Positions 48,881 to 63,200 of a stretch of DNA of 64,000 bases are shown here, piece by piece. The stretch's first letter is position 1. Each line of letters starts with the position of its first letter. The position numbers and the translations under genes were made by a program. The notes beneath the pieces are model-generated. The model was not told the DNA's origin. It made no database searches and worked only from the letters and a program-made list of their open reading frames with translations. The stretch is from contig CM052816.1 in the NCBI GenBank assembly GCA_028534125.1, forward strand, positions 56,174,001 through 56,238,000, given 5' to 3'. The DNA comes from Lama glama. Taxonomy: Eukaryota.

Positions 48881-50274
48881 GTGACGGGGACAACAAAGGT
48901 TCACATAACACACACCCACACCCCCCCCTCCCCCTCCTCAGTTCTGGGTTGCCTCCTGGCCCCATTGTTCCCTTGACCAAAGATAACTGTGGAAGAGCCT
49001 TAGAGGAGCTGAGAGGTTAAACTGATCTTAGAAAGGATACGGCGTGACCGTAGGAAGAAATGGACTCTGGAAGGCTGGGTGGGGGTGGGGGTGGCGGGCA
49101 AAGGGGCAGCAAGAGGGCAGCAGGGGGTGTGGAAGGAAGTCTTTTGGGGAAGAACCATGTTAGGGGGAGCAAGTACTGAGATGAGGGAGACTTCGGAAAA
49201 AAGACTTTAGAAGGTTCCCCCGTGTGTCCTGCTGCTCCTCTTAGAGACACCTTACATTATTTGATGTGGCAAGGCTTATTCCCAGCTGGATTTGTGTTTC
49301 TTTTGGACACAGCACTCTGCCAAGATTAGCCCCAAAGTGGCCCAATTTTATTCAGGTTTCATTTCTGTTTACAGCATCCGTGCAGTGATGGAACTAGCTA
49401 TTTAATAGCCTTTTCTAGTAAACTTGAAATATTTTCTTATTCCTTGAACAATTGGAAAAAAAAAACCCCTTGGTGTCATGAGAATATTTATGCAGCTGTC
49501 ATCATGCAACAGGTAACCCCAGCTGAGGTGTCACATTTGCCATGGAGGCCATGCTATTTCAGGGAAGTCAACTGATCCCTCTAAGCGCCAGTAGTCTTAT
49601 CAGTAAATGGAAAATCATTTTTAAAAGTTTCTGAACAAATCTCAAGAATTAAATGATACTGTATATATAAAAAGTAACACAAACGGCAGTTGTCATTTTA
49701 ACTGGTCACTTTTCTTTTAATTACCAATTTGGAAACTCATGCACTTACTATATGTGAAATAAATTTAAGAAATAATTAAAATGAATGATTCTGTATGTTG
49801 TCAACTTAACTGTGCATAAATATCAGTGGTAGATTGATTTGGTCAGAAGAGAGAAAATGTGCCTCTGGGTACAGTAAATTTCATCAAATTGCTGGAATCT
49901 CTTCTTTATCCCACATAGGTCAAGAAAGATATAGAAAATGTTGCTTCTGTCATTTTTTAGAGGCTGCAATCCTGAGAATAAATCTTCCTTATTAATAATC
50001 AAAATAAATTCTTCCAAACTATAACTGATATATCTCAAGTTATACAATGATTATTGAAATTATAACTTAAAAATAAACACCAGTAAGATACACAAATCCA
50101 TATGGAAAAGACCTATTATGTACAAGTTCTGGAAAATAACACAGAAAACTGTAAGAATAATCAATGATACAAAACCAGTTTTGCTGTGAAAAGGAGAGCT
50201 GGCTCCCTTAAAATAATAAATTCTGATTGTTTTTATCACTTCAAGTCATTTGTACTTAATAATAGTGCAAAATA

Positions 50275-52066
50275 ACATATGATATCACTCATATGTGGAA
50301 TCTAAAAAAAGAAAAAAAGAAGACACTAATGAACTCATCTGCAAAACAGAAACAGACTCACAGACAGAGTAAACAGTCTTATGGTTACCTGGGGGGAAGG
50401 GTGTGGGAAGAGAGAGATTGGGAATTCGAGATTTGCAAATATTAACTACTATATGAAAAACAAATTTCTCTTCTATAGCACAAGGAACCATATTCAGTAT
50501 CTTGTAGTAACCTATAATGAAAAAGAATATGAAAAGGAATATATGTACGTATATGTACAACTGAAGCAATGTGCTGTACATGAGAAATTGACACAACATT
50601 GTAAACTGACTATACTTCAATAAAAAAAGAATGCAAAAAAAAAAAATCCCTCAACACACAGATCAATGGAACAGGATAGAAAGTCCAGAAATGAACCCAA
50701 GCACTGACGGTCAATTAATCTACAACAAAGGAGGCAAGAATATACAGTGGAGAAAAGACAGTCTCTTCAATAAGTATTGCTGAGAAAACTGGACAGCTAC
50801 CTATAAAAGACTGAAATTAGAACATTCTCTAACACCATATACAAAATAAACTCAAAATGGATTAAAGACCTAAATATAAGACCAGATACTATAAAACTCC
50901 TAGATGAAAACATAGGCAGAACACTCTTGGACCTAAATCACAGCAATAATTTTTTCAAACCAGCTCCTAGATTAAGGGAAACAAAAGCAATAATAAACAA
51001 ATGAGACCTAATTAAACTTAAGAGCTTTTGCACAGCTAAGGACACCATCAACAAAACAAAAAGACAACCTACAGAATGGGAGAAAATATTTGCAAATAAT
51101 GCAACCGACATGGGACTAATTTCCAAAATATACAAACAGCTCATACCACTTACTATCAAAAACACAAGTAACCCAATCAAAAAATGGGCAGAAGACCTAA
51201 ATAGACATCTTTCCAAAGAAGACATCCAGATGGCCCACAAGCAGATGAAAAGATGCTCAACATCACTAATTGTTAGAGAAATGCAAATCAAAACTACAAT
51301 GAGGTATCACCTCACACCAGTCAGAATGGCCATCATTAAAAAGTCCACAAATGATAAATGCTGGAGAGGCTGTGAGAAAAAGGAATCTTCCTGCACTATT
51401 GGTGGGAATATAAATTGGTGCAGCCACTATGGAGGACAGTATGGAGATTCCTCAAAAAACTAAAAATAGAGTTACATGATCCAGCAATCCCACTCCTGAG
51501 CATATATCCGGAGGAAAACATAATTTGAAAAGACACATGCACCCCAATGTTCACAGCAGCACTATTTACAATAGCCAAGACATGGCAACAACCTAAATGT
51601 CCATTGACAGATGACTACATAAAGAAGATGTGGTATATACATACAATGGAATATTACTCAGCCATGAAAAGAATAAAATAATGCCATCTGCAGCAACATG
51701 GATAGACCTGGAGATTGTCATTCTAAGTGAAGTAAATCAAAAAGAGAAAGAAAAAATACTATATGATATGGCTTATACGTGGACTCTAAAAAGAACACAA
51801 ATGAATGTACCTTCAAAACAGAAACAGACTCACGGACATAGAGAACTTATGGTTACCAGGGGTTAAAGAGGTTGGGAAGGGATAAATTGGGAATTTGAAA
51901 TTTGCACCTCTTGGGGAGTGATGGAAATATTAGCTACCTTGATTGTGGTGGTGGTTTCATGGTATACACATCTTTCAAAAGTCATCAAATTGTACATCTG
52001 AAGTTTGTGTAGTTTATTGTACAGGAATCACGCCATAATAAAATGTTTTTTAAAAAATCCCTCAAA
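50275..52066 (+). mobile_element. Stacked LINE-1 fragments: 3' end with A tail (50275-50646), ORF2 C-terminus/3' UTR (50655-51906), older L1M 3' end (51907-52066)
   Basis: ORF 51110-51463 is ORF2-like ([63 protein letters not shown]); A tails. Confidence 0.9.
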
Positions 52067-53129
52067 AAGATAGTGGAAAAATTGTGTGAATTAGCATAAA
52101 GACTGATGGACGGCTGGTTCTGGCTGGCTTTGCCACAGTAACGAACGCAGATTCTTAGAGATTCTGAGAGATCAACAGTCAATGGTACAAAACTATCCAA
52201 AGTTTTTTTTTAAAAGTTCAGCACTTTAAGGATTTGTATCTCCATGCTTATCTGGATATCGGTTAGAACATTCTTAAAAGAACGTTGACGTTTTTATCAC
52301 AGCCCTTATTAGCTCCCGGCGTAAACAACTTTGTCATTTTATATCCTTATCTTAATGGATACTTGGTACTGTTGAAATGGGAAAGCGCGCCCAGAGCCAA
52401 AGAACCACTTCGTGTGGCTTTCGCAGTGTCTCACTACCCCTTCACCCTACCTGGGGCTCTAGATCCAGCATCCTAGAGGGACACCAGCTTCAGAGAGTTG
52501 GTGTCCATCTCCGGGACATTCAACTGCACCCCGCCCTCCAATCCTGCCCCGGGTTTCAGCCACTGCGCAGCAGCGCCCCCTACTTCCCAGTCCCCCAACT
52601 GTCGCGGTAAAAGGCGCAAGGCCTAACATCCACAGGGTGTGAAGATCCTGCTTCCCGCTTCCCTGCTCTCTAGGCTGAGCCCAGAGCTTGGCTGTCTCTT
52701 GCATGAGACAGTTATCTCCCTGGCGCTGGCCCACCTCCCCTCTAGCTGACTCCCTGCGCAGCAGGAGCGCTCTCTCAAACGCATGTTGATGATGCGTCTC
52801 CAGTTTAACCTTTCAGTGCGGCTGTGTGTGCCTTGCAGGGACTCACCCCTCTGTGCCTGTCCCTCCTCTCTAGACGCTGAACTCCCATCTTTACACACCC
52901 AGCTCAGAGTCCCCGGAAGCCTCCCCTTACCTCCCCAGAGCGTCGGTCATTCCCCTTACATTCTGTGCAACGTATTTATTTATGGGTCGGATGCGCTTAA
53001 CTAAGGAACGAAAACTAACCTCATCTCCAAGGAGCCGTAGACCCAGGGGACTGAAGAGCTGCTAACGTAACTCGTGGGAACGTCTTTGTGCGGTCCTGCA
53101 GACGGCTTCCGTAGTGACGTAGCTTGCAA

Positions 53130-53312
53130 GGCGTCGCTGCTCAGGTGTGGCCCGCAACCCAGCATCGTGGGCATCACCTGGGAGCTTGTTAGAAAACCCT
53201 GTTAGAGCTTGTTAGGAATCTCTGTTCCTGCCCCAGACCTTCTGAGTCAGAACCTGCAGTTGAACAAGATCCCCAGGTGATTTGTATGCACATCCATTTG
53301 AGAAGTGTTGCT
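53130..53312. mobile_element. MER5-like hAT MITE
   Basis: gcatcacctgggagcttgttagaaa...ccccagaccttctgagtcagaa...aacaagatccccaggtgatttgtatgcaca..tttgagaag. Confidence 0.8.
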
Positions 53313-56300
53313 GTGAGGGTTAAACACAAAGTCTACAACACCTGCTAATTTCTGGGGACAGATGTTTTAAATGGACCAGATTCCAGAGACGTGTTGGCTC
53401 CTCACACTCGGCGCTAGAGTCAGCTGGCTGCACCTGGGTCCACAGGCACGCGCCTGCGTGGGGCAAAGAGAGCGAAGGCCGCCTCACCAGTGGAGAGCTA
53501 GGCGGGCTCACCGTCTACATCCGGAGCCCCCTGGCTGGTGTCCACAGGATATGTGACATCTTTATCTTGTTGCAAAGGAAATCGCCATGTTTGGCATGAG
53601 GTGGCCTTGTGGCTGACTTAGAGCCCTTAGACTAGAACCCCCACCACTAGTCTTTGAGCTCCCTGAAGGTGTATCCTCGGATCCCCCCCAACCAGACACA
53701 GAGGGGGGCTCCAGAAATGCTGATGGTCAGATGTTGGCTTCAGTGATGCACATGGTGCCTTCTCATGCCTCTCAGGCCATCACAGTGCACAGTCCTGCCA
53801 ATTTTATCAGAAATGGTTCAATCACAATTGAACTCCAGGGGCTTTCAGCCAAAATTATCTACAACACCAACATCACCACACCTCCTGTGGAAGCCTTACA
53901 CGGTCAGCTGTAAATACGTCTGTTCATTCAAGCAAGAAAGGGGAGATACTTAATGGAGGTCCTGAGGGAAGAAGTGTGACCCAAAGGTTGGACCTTGGCC
54001 TGTAAGGTTGGCCTCCATTGCCTGATGACCCAATGTCTTGAGGGCCCTTGTTTCCTATACTTTGTCTAGTTTAGTTGTTTCAGGTGGGAAGGTAAACCCG
54101 GTCCCATTCTGGCCAGAAGTGGAAGTTACCCACTTTACTTATAAACACACAGTACTTTTGTGGTGTTTTAATTTGTACTGAATTATTCAGGAGGGAGAAT
54201 ACTGTGAAAACTGAAACAGCTCTTTGTTTCGTTAGAGACTTTAGCAAGAGCTGACCATCATTTTGTTAAGTCATGTTGCTAATGTGAGTCATGGTACCTG
54301 AATGGGCAATATAGTGCCCAGTTTCAGGCTCCATGTGAAGACCAACACTCACAACGATTCTGCGAGTGTGTGTGGCCGTCTGACTCCTTATAGCGTCCTT
54401 TAGAGCATCAGAGCTAGGGCATTCACATGTTTAAGTGCATATGATTTTATTAAAATTTTCCATTTGCTTCTCCTCTGTATCACAGTTAAGGAATTTTATT
54501 GAGTTTTTTTGAGTTCTATTTGATAGGTTATATTGTCTAAAAATTCCATTTCAGGAAGGCAAAGGGGGCACTGAAAATGACTGACATGAAAAGAGACAGC
54601 ATGTCACTGGTGTAGATGTGGAAATTTCCCTAAAAAGAAGGCTTTTCCCCGTTGCTCCTTCTGGAATGGGCCTGGGATGGTGGCGTGACGTCAGAGGAAG
54701 CAGGCTGTGACGTGTGTTTGGGCTGAAAGGGCCTTAGACCCCCTAGCAGGGTTTCCAGCATGAACAGGGCAGAGATACAACACAGGGTAACTGGGAGGGG
54801 CAGGGAAGCTGGGGTGATTTAGTGACTAATGAAGCTAAGAAGGGGTGATGGTTGTCCCCTTCACGGTGGTGCCGTGAACAGATGGTGGGGAGGACCTCTA
54901 TTCTTGACCTTTTGGCTCCTCGACAGCACAATCCTGGGGGAAAAGTGGGGGGCAGAGGGTGGTGAGGGAGAAAATCCCTAAATCACTCATATTTCCTTTG
55001 CATCAAACCAGCAGATGAGGGGCTTACAGTAAAAATCAAGTTTTATTCTAGAAAAATAAAATTATCTTTCTTAAATTTCTAAGCTTGTGTACTAAGATGC
55101 ATAATTACTACCCAAGTATGAGAACCCCTTTCAAAGTAAAAAAATTTTGCAGGTCGTCCCCAAGCCTGAGATCTGCTGTGATTTTTGTGTCCAAAAGGCC
55201 ACTCTGTATTCGGGAAGCTGCTTGTCTGCTGCACAAGGGGACTCACTGATCAGCAGGCACACAAACCAGGAAGAACTCATGTTCTGCATAAGAAAGTCTG
55301 GGGTCTGCTGTTTGCCATTTACTAACTGTGGGCTCTTGGGCAAGTTAAAATACATTGTTACTCCTGTTTTCTCATTAACAAAATAGGGGTAGAAATAGTA
55401 TCTACCTCACAAGATGACTAAGAGCATTCAACACACCCTCTGTTAGTGGTGTGCCTATAAATGGACGTGAATTATTATTTACAGATGATCCGTGTATATT
55501 GTATTACCTGTGGAATTAAAAATGAGCATGAATTTGATGTCTGTGTTGGCTCCTCACTCCAGACTTAAGTACTAGACTGAGCGAAATAATTTAGGGTTAG
55601 ACTTTTAAGGGAATTCCGAGTTTATCTGACATAAAGGTAGTGTTACATAGAGCTGGTGAACAGGTGTACCTATCAGACCATAGGTCGGGAGGCTTCGTGC
55701 TGGCATGTCAGAATTAACAACCCACTGCTTACTGGGAAGCTTTCCCACTGGGAGATAGGCTCTGGTTTTCCATTACCTAAGTCTTATTCCTTGCACCAAG
55801 GAGTATGGACCAATTAATCACCAGGGAGCAGAAATAAATTCCCTCATCTTTGGGTGACTTGCTCTTTGCGTGACTTAACACTTACCTCGAGAGGAAGAGC
55901 ACAGAGATGCCAGTTAGGTTGCAGTTGGAATGGGTCACGCTTCCAAGGAAAACCCAAGTTATCTGCGAAAGTTCATTCGTCACAGGCTGATGATATCCCT
56001 TCTTTGGAGATCGGGGGGGACTTTCATCTAATTCAGGGCTCTGAATGTGGTCCTATTATTGAGGCATCCAGTGATTCACTGACTAAGTGAAATATTCTGG
56101 AAATGGAGTTTTTCGGGTAATGTAAGGCAAATCATCTGGGTTGAACATCTCTTTTAAATGTTTTGGTAGACTTTATTGACTTAGCAAGTATGGAGCAATG
56201 AGCATACTTTGGATATTTCTTTTTGAGCCAGCTGCAAGAGTCATTCATTCATTTGTTAAACCACTCCTTTAGTCATTCTACAAATAGTTATTGTTTTACT

Positions 56301-56599
56301 ACTGCATGATGGGCTAGGGGCTAGACACATGGTGGAACAAAAAAAGGCCATTTAATAGTGTAGTGGAGGCCAAAAGAACCAGTGTGCAGGCTGCAACACC
56401 ACCACTTAGCAACTGTCTGATCCCAGGCAAGGTATTTCTTCTCTCAGACTCAGTTTCTCATCAGGAAAATGGGCCCCAGGAACTATAATATCTAGCTTGT
56501 CAAGGCATTTGAGGATCAGAAAGCATAAAACTCTCTAAAAACTGCTGTTCTCTGTGAATGGTCATGTTATTTGATGCCTGGGAATCTTTTTATTTTAAT

Positions 56600-56905
56600 T
56601 TGATTTTTTTGATTAAAATTTTAAAAAATTTAAGTATAGTCTGTTTACCGTGTTCTATTAACTTCTTTTCCTTATTTTTTTTAATGGAGGTACTGGGGAT
56701 TGAACTCAGGACCTTATGCATGCTAAGCACATGCTCTACCACTGAGCTATACCCACCCCCCATGTTGTATTACTTTCTGGTGTACAGCCTAGTGATTTAG
56801 TTATACACACATATGTATCTTCCTTTTCACATTCTTTTTCATGATAGGTTATTACAAGGTATTGAATGTAGCTTTCTGTGTTATACAGTAGGACCTTGCT
56901 GTTTA
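56600..56905 (-). mobile_element. LINE-1 3' end interrupted by a SINE
   Basis: tttaagtatagtctgtttac...[SINE]...tttctggtgtacagcctagtgatttagttatac...ataggttattacaagg...atacagtaggaccttg. Confidence 0.8.
56675..56760 (-). mobile_element. tRNA-Ala-derived camelid SINE (Vic-1 type), nested in L1
   Basis: rc GGGTATAGCTCAGTGGTAGAGCATGTGCTTAGCATGCATAAGGTCCTGAGTTCAATCCCCAGTACCTCCA + A tail; degenerate TSD cgtgttctatta / catgttgtatta. Confidence 0.88.
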
Positions 56906-57113
56906 GATGCCTGAGAACCTTGCATTGCTTTATGAATATCAATCTAAATGGTCCAAACATTAGATCACTGAAAAAGAAAAAGCCATTTCTATTTTGATTC
57001 TTTAGTGTATGAAAAACAGTATTTCTTTGGGAGACACTATCTGGGTCAATTCCTTTCTTATACAGATTAGGAACCCAGTGCTTCAAGAGGTGGATTGAGT
57101 TCCTAAAAGACCC

Positions 57114-57483
57114 CGTTAAAAGATGAACTGAAGGATATTAAAAAACTTTGGGCAAAAATTGATTTGAATTGAACAGCGTCCAATCTAGCAGACAGAAAGG
57201 AGCTCTAAGGAGTTGTACAGAATGAAGGACTTGCAGGCAGAAGGGAGAGAGGACAAGCAAATTGTACTGGGCAGAAAGCAGCTTGGTGATTGCAAGGTTA
57301 CTTTCCTTAGGGACTGGTAGGTCTATGAGGCAGATGACCTAACCAGTGCTGATCAGGCAGTTCCTGATGGACTGGTTTAAGATTGCGTTTCTGGGAGAGC
57401 TGAAGCTATAATTAAGTCTCAGTTTGGTGATGTGAGGCTTAGCATAAATGATTCCATTTTAGGCCTATTGTCTTCTTTTAACA
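57114..57483. mobile_element. Solo ERV1 LTR
   Basis: (c)gttaa...ttaaca termini, perfect 4-bp TSD accc (57110-57113, 57484-57487); similar to the 35777-36214 LTR (agtttggtg..gcttagc..ccattttaggcct). Confidence 0.8.
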
Positions 57484-57724
57484 ACCCACAGAGTTGGGAC
57501 TAAAGCTCAGGCCACTCTTGTGCTGGTCCAGTTCCCATACTCATGGTTACATGCCAAGCCTACAAAACATCTCATGACACGAGCTGACAAATAACAGGAG
57601 CCTGGTACCTGATATTGGGCGGGAACTTCTCTTCACTTGCATCTGTCTTCAAGGGAGAAGAATACAATTATTGTTCCTTCAATTGTTTCTAAGAATGTTG
57701 ATTTTATCTCAATATTTAAGCTTG

Positions 57725-58305
57725 TGTGACAGGCAGAATTTTGGCCCCCAAGGTCTCAGCCCTCCCTTGTCATGCCTGTGGTCATGTTATATTATGTAGC
57801 AAAAGGGACATTGCAGGTATAATCACAGCCACTAATCAGCTGGTCTTATGAAAGGGAGATTATCTTACATTATCCAAATGGGCCCAGTGTAATTACATGA
57901 GCTCTTAAAAGCAGAAAAGGCAGACAAAGGAGGGAAACAGATAGATTCAGCAGAAAGGGGAGTGGGGGCTGGAGAGTCTAAGCAGCAGGAGGATTCGATG
58001 CACCATCACTGGCTTGAAGATGAAGAGTGTCATGTGTCAAGGAAACTGGGACCACAGTCCTACAACCTCAAGGAACTGAATTCTGTCAACAGCCTGAATT
58101 GAGTTTGGAAGCCGACTCTTCCTCAGAGCCTCTACGTAAGAGCCCAGGCTGGCTGAACCACGACTGCAGCCTGGGGAGGCCCTGAGTAGAGGACCTAGTG
58201 GAGCCATGCTGTGCTGGCACTTCTGAGCCACTGTGAGATAATAAATGGGTATTTAAAAAAAATAACAGTTTAATTTTTGTTGCTGACTTTTTAACATTCT
58301 TAACA
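57725..58305 (+). mobile_element. MaLR LTR (MLT1D/E-like)
   Basis: tgtgacaggcagaattttggcccccaagg...aaagggacattgcagg...gagattatc...caaggaactgaattctgtcaacagcctgaa...gagataataaatggg. Confidence 0.8.
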
Positions 58306-59914
58306 CTAACTGAAGTAGTAAGTGCACGTGGCTGCATGATCAGCACAGAAGGATGAGAGGAAAGGCAGCCGTCCCTTGTCCCCACTCCTGCCAACTGCAG
58401 CCCACTCTGCAGGCACCGTCATGGGGAGTGGTTTCTGTTTTCTGTTCTTCAGTTGTACCCCACATCTGTCAATACTGCCTTTATACTGTTTGTTCTTATT
58501 TCTCAGTTTGAGATATTTCTTATTGATTTGTTGTTTGCGTAGATGTTTCTTGCTTTTAAAGGAAAGCTCCAACAGGGGCATATTTTCTTGTGTTTAGCAT
58601 CTTTCCTCTAAAGGTTCAGTATAGGAAAATGTTTTATTAATCATTCTAGTGAGTTGGCTTCTAGACAATGGGGGGTTTTTATTGTGTTTGGCTTCTTCAG
58701 GGAATTCAAAGCACCATAACATTTTCAAGGAGGCTCCATGCTTGCTCACTGACAGCATCCTTCCCATTCATAAACCATTTTCCAATATAAAGATTTTACA
58801 CTTTAGCATAACCTGGGTATCTTAGTTTTTTAACCATAATGTCACAGCTGTTGGATATAGCCAAGATGTTAAATGCTTTCTTTATCTTCCATTTCATTTT
58901 CTTCCCAGATCCTTCCCGGAGGACACACAGAGCTCCCCCAGATATTTGGACTGCAGATGTTGAAGCGGGCAGAGATGTAGCTCTCAATATTTGGTCTTTA
59001 ATCATTGCTGGGGAAACAGTGCTTCGTTCCACAGTTAACAAACTATGCCTGAACTAAACTTTCAAAAAAATTGATTAGGACATTCTTTTGCTTGTGAATT
59101 GATGTACCAATCTCTAGTGGATACAGTGTACCAGAATGAAAGAATGATTTGGTAAGATGTTTAGTCAACTATGGTTAAAGGGTAGAAATGACTTTAAAAA
59201 AAAAACCAGGTAATTTTTGTTGATTCCAGATTCTCATTTTTCACATCGTTATCAGACCTGTCAATGTAGCACAAAGCAAACCAAGCAATTCACGTCTCCT
59301 CCTCCCCTCTTGTAAATTCACTGCAGATGTGCCAGGTGTGCAAAGCTGGCCTTCCCGGGGATGGAAGAGCGGGGGCCCTAGCTGATCAGGAGAGCAGAGG
59401 AGGCAGGGTAGGTCAGTCGTTAGGAACTCAACTCTAGTGGGATAAAGCCCACTTTGGGTTCCGGCTTCACCCACTGAGACCTTCAGTCTTTCAGGGTTGC
59501 TGTAGGGATTAAATGAGGCGGGCATATCTCATGCTCACTTGATAAGACAAAATAAATGTTAGGGATTCTAGTCATTCTTATTAGCTCCAAGAGCATCCCA
59601 GCAGGCAATGGGTCCCTGTCCAGAAGCCTTGAGGACAACTTACATTAGCAGTGTATGCAGAGGGGACAGTGGCACTGGATACGCCAGTGGGAACTGCCCC
59701 ATCTGTGCCGAGGAGACAGGTGGCCCGGCTGGGCCCTCTGCTTGCCAGTCTGTAGAGCACAGGAGTGGCATCACACTGTCACAGACTGGCCGGCCCCCAG
59801 GTCACACTTGGCATTGCTCATCTGAGGCATAAACTTCAGGGCTATGCAGCTGCTCAGAAGGCTCCATACCACGTTTCCTTTTTCTTTTCCAGTATCTTCA
59901 TTTTCTTCTCTTTT

Positions 59915-60222
59915 TCTTTTCAAACTTAAAAAAGTATGTTATTGAGGTATGATTGACACAGAAAAAGCTATATATTTTGATGCATTTTTAATATATACAA
60001 CTTGATGAGTTTGGGGGTATGTATATAACCACGTTTTCATCACCACAATCTAGGCCATAAACATATCCATCACGTCCAAGTTTCCTCCCACCCTCTTTGT
60101 TTATTACTAGAACTTTGTGATAAGAATACTTAGCATTAGACCTATCCTCCTGGCAGAATTTCAAGTATATAAGACAATACTGTTAATTATAGTCACTACG
60201 CTGTACAGTTGACCTCTAAGAC
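59915..60222 (-). mobile_element. L1MA-type 3' end
   Basis: ttattgaggtatgattgaca...tatacaacttgatgagtttgg...ttatagtcactacgctgtacag. Confidence 0.75.
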
Positions 60223-63200
60223 ATCCTGAATTTGGGCAGATTCTTTTATAAGTCTTTCTTCATTGTAGCCAGAAGAGGGCACTGTTGCTTCACCCAAATT
60301 CTGCACTGTGGTCCCGCCTCTACGTCCTGCACTAGTGTCCCATTCCTGGCTTTGTCCCAGGTGACAGTTTCCTTTCTTAGGTAAAAAGCAAGGGGGGAAA
60401 ACCCCAACTTTTTGTCTGAAGAAAGAAAATATATAGAAACAACTATTGAGACTTTTAAAATATTTTTTAAGTTATGCAAAATTGTGTATGGCATTTTAAA
60501 AATACACAGGTGAGACAGAGAATATGCATGCTGACGAAGCTGATCAAGGATCTGCCTGGAACACCAGCACTGCCTGAAAACTCAGAGTGTGGCTTGCTGT
60601 TCCTGCTCATTTTGGGCACCACAAGTGAGCCAGAAAAGGTGCAGAAGAAATGGATGGGAACCCTGGGATGTTTTCTGGCACGGGGGCAAAACTCAGAGCC
60701 TCTTGGAAACAGGAGTCTTTGTGAAAAGCAAGGAGGTGCGATGTTGACTCTCACCTCCCGCTTAGGAGGTTTCCCTTTTCCTTTCTTGGCCAGTGCCATT
60801 CTGAGCCCCTGTACCAATTTTAACGGGCCAGTTTTTAATGAGGCCATAATGACTTTATTTATAATCCTTGGGTGAAAAGTGGCAATGGAAGAACATCATT
60901 TCACAACCCAGGCGGTCTGCATGCTCGTGCTCTCCTCTAGGCTAACGGTCTAATAAGGGTGACAGAGGTCGAGGTCCTTTTCTGCCTGTGTTTATGTTCT
61001 TCCCCCCTTCATTCCTCTCACGTTTCTCTATGTGACTTCTTTCCGTGGTTTCAGAGTTGGAAGGAGACACATTCGAAACACAAACACGAGTATGCTGGTG
61101 GCAAGCCAAGCCTATGCTGTAAAATCACCGTGGAAGGATGGAAGGGACCTAATGGAACTGGGGGAAACCCCTGCCTTAAGCGCTAATATGATGCCGGTAA
61201 GCAAATATTTGCTGGATGAAGGACAGGCTGAATGAATGAGTGGAAAAATGAATGAATGAATGAAACCACAACTTCTCAGATAATACTGGGTATAAAAACT
61301 GATTTATAGCTACTTGAATATACAAGTTTCCAAAGTTATTGTTTCTTCCTGATAGTTCAATATTTCTAAATATCCTCCAATAAAGAAATAGTTAAGTCTT
61401 CCAACTTTATCTGGGATTTTATAGTGACTGTTCTCAGTTACTTATGAGGCTAAGGGAAATTTGTGACCCATAAAATGCTTGTGACTTTATATCCTTCCTC
61501 AGGCTGGGTTTTTTAAACCATGTAGAGAAACAGTTACGGGAACTTTAAGACAACACACTCACCAGCATCTTTCTCTTTTTCATTCTCTCTTCATTCTGGT
61601 AACGTTAACTTTCAGCTTCCTGGTTTCTGACTCCTGCCTGAGCGGGGCTCTACACAGTGAGTGAAGTGTTTGCTCACAGAGTGCCATGCAATCCTTTGAA
61701 TATTCATTCATTCAAAGGTACCAGATCTTGGACCACAAAGGTCCCTTCTTCTGGTCCCTTCTTCGTGCCCAGACGTGCTCAGACTTGGCATCATGCCCTG
61801 GAAGCAAAGCCTATAGGCCAAACAAAACCTTCATTCTCACTGCTTGGAACAATGGTCAATTCTTTAATGTAATTACTTAGAACAAATTAAGAGTTTAGGT
61901 CCAGGGGCCTTGGGACACTCAAAAACTATGGAAAAGAGGGGGGGAAATGGTTTAAGATGCCTCTGGGCTGTAAAAGGCCACAACCCACAGAGGCCTGGTG
62001 TGATTCTGAGAGATATGAGTGAGCTTTTGACCCAGTGCCCTCTACAAGATCTTTAGGGCAGTGGGAGGCAGGGGCCTGTATTCCACGTTCACTCTGTTTT
62101 GGCCTGTTGCCTTCTAAATACGACTAGCTGCCTTTTTTTTTTTTTAATGTGATTCCTTAAATACACCTCCCATTCAGCAGCTTAGTTTTTAAGGTGATGG
62201 AGAGTAAAGAATTGTTTCTCCATCATCAAATGAAGAACGAAGGTCGCAGAACAAAGCCAAGACAGTGTCAGTAGGAGGTGGAAGGAAGCCAAGGTAGTTC
62301 CCATGAATTTGAGCTTTTACTGCACAAGCTGTCAACTTCCTGCCTTTGAGACAAGCAGAGCCTCAGATAAACCCTCCAAAAGAGTATGTGAATTCATTCA
62401 AGACAGGAAGCGCTCCTTAACCCAGTACTATTGGGCAGCTCGTGGAAATAGCAACTTTGCTAAAAATTCAAGTCACTTTCATTTAGGAGCCTTTCTAGGA
62501 AGTAGCTATGGAGCTGCAGGAATATCATTCTCCTTAAACAGCTTAAGACAGAATCATAAAAGGAGACATCATACAGCACTTACCACTAGCCAGGCGCTGG
62601 TCTACGTGCTTTATATATGCTAATTTACTAAAGAGCCAGTGCATCCTCGGAGCCAGGTTATTATCTGATATAGCCAACTGGGAAGCTAAGGCACGCAGAC
62701 ATTATAATATTTGCCCCCCTCAAAGACTTAGCCAGGAAATGTCAAAGCAGGAATTTCAGCTGGGGTCTATCTCTGCCCTTAACCACCTAACCACTAAAAA
62801 TAAAATACTAGGTGGATACAGAAAGACTAGAATCTAAATGCAAAGTGTTATTATCTCTAACTGGTGGGTTTATGGTTAGTTTTTTCTTTTACTTTTCTGT
62901 CCCCGCCCCCCCCAACTTTCTACCATGCATGGCTTTTGTAATCAGAGAGAAAATAATAAATGTGGCTTTAAAAGCCTGACCCTAAAATCTATATAACCTG
63001 CCACAGGCTGCGAAGATCACTGCTTTGAAGATCCCTGGAGTAGAAATGACTGAAGCAGACTAAAATGGCTTGATTTACTAATTCGAGGAAGGCCAAGGAA
63101 AAGTGCCTCAAATGTGTCCCGCTGCCGTCACATTTGCCAAGAAACTATCTGCCACTTGCAATGTCACCTGGGGTTGTGGAAAGTGACAGGATCACAAAGG

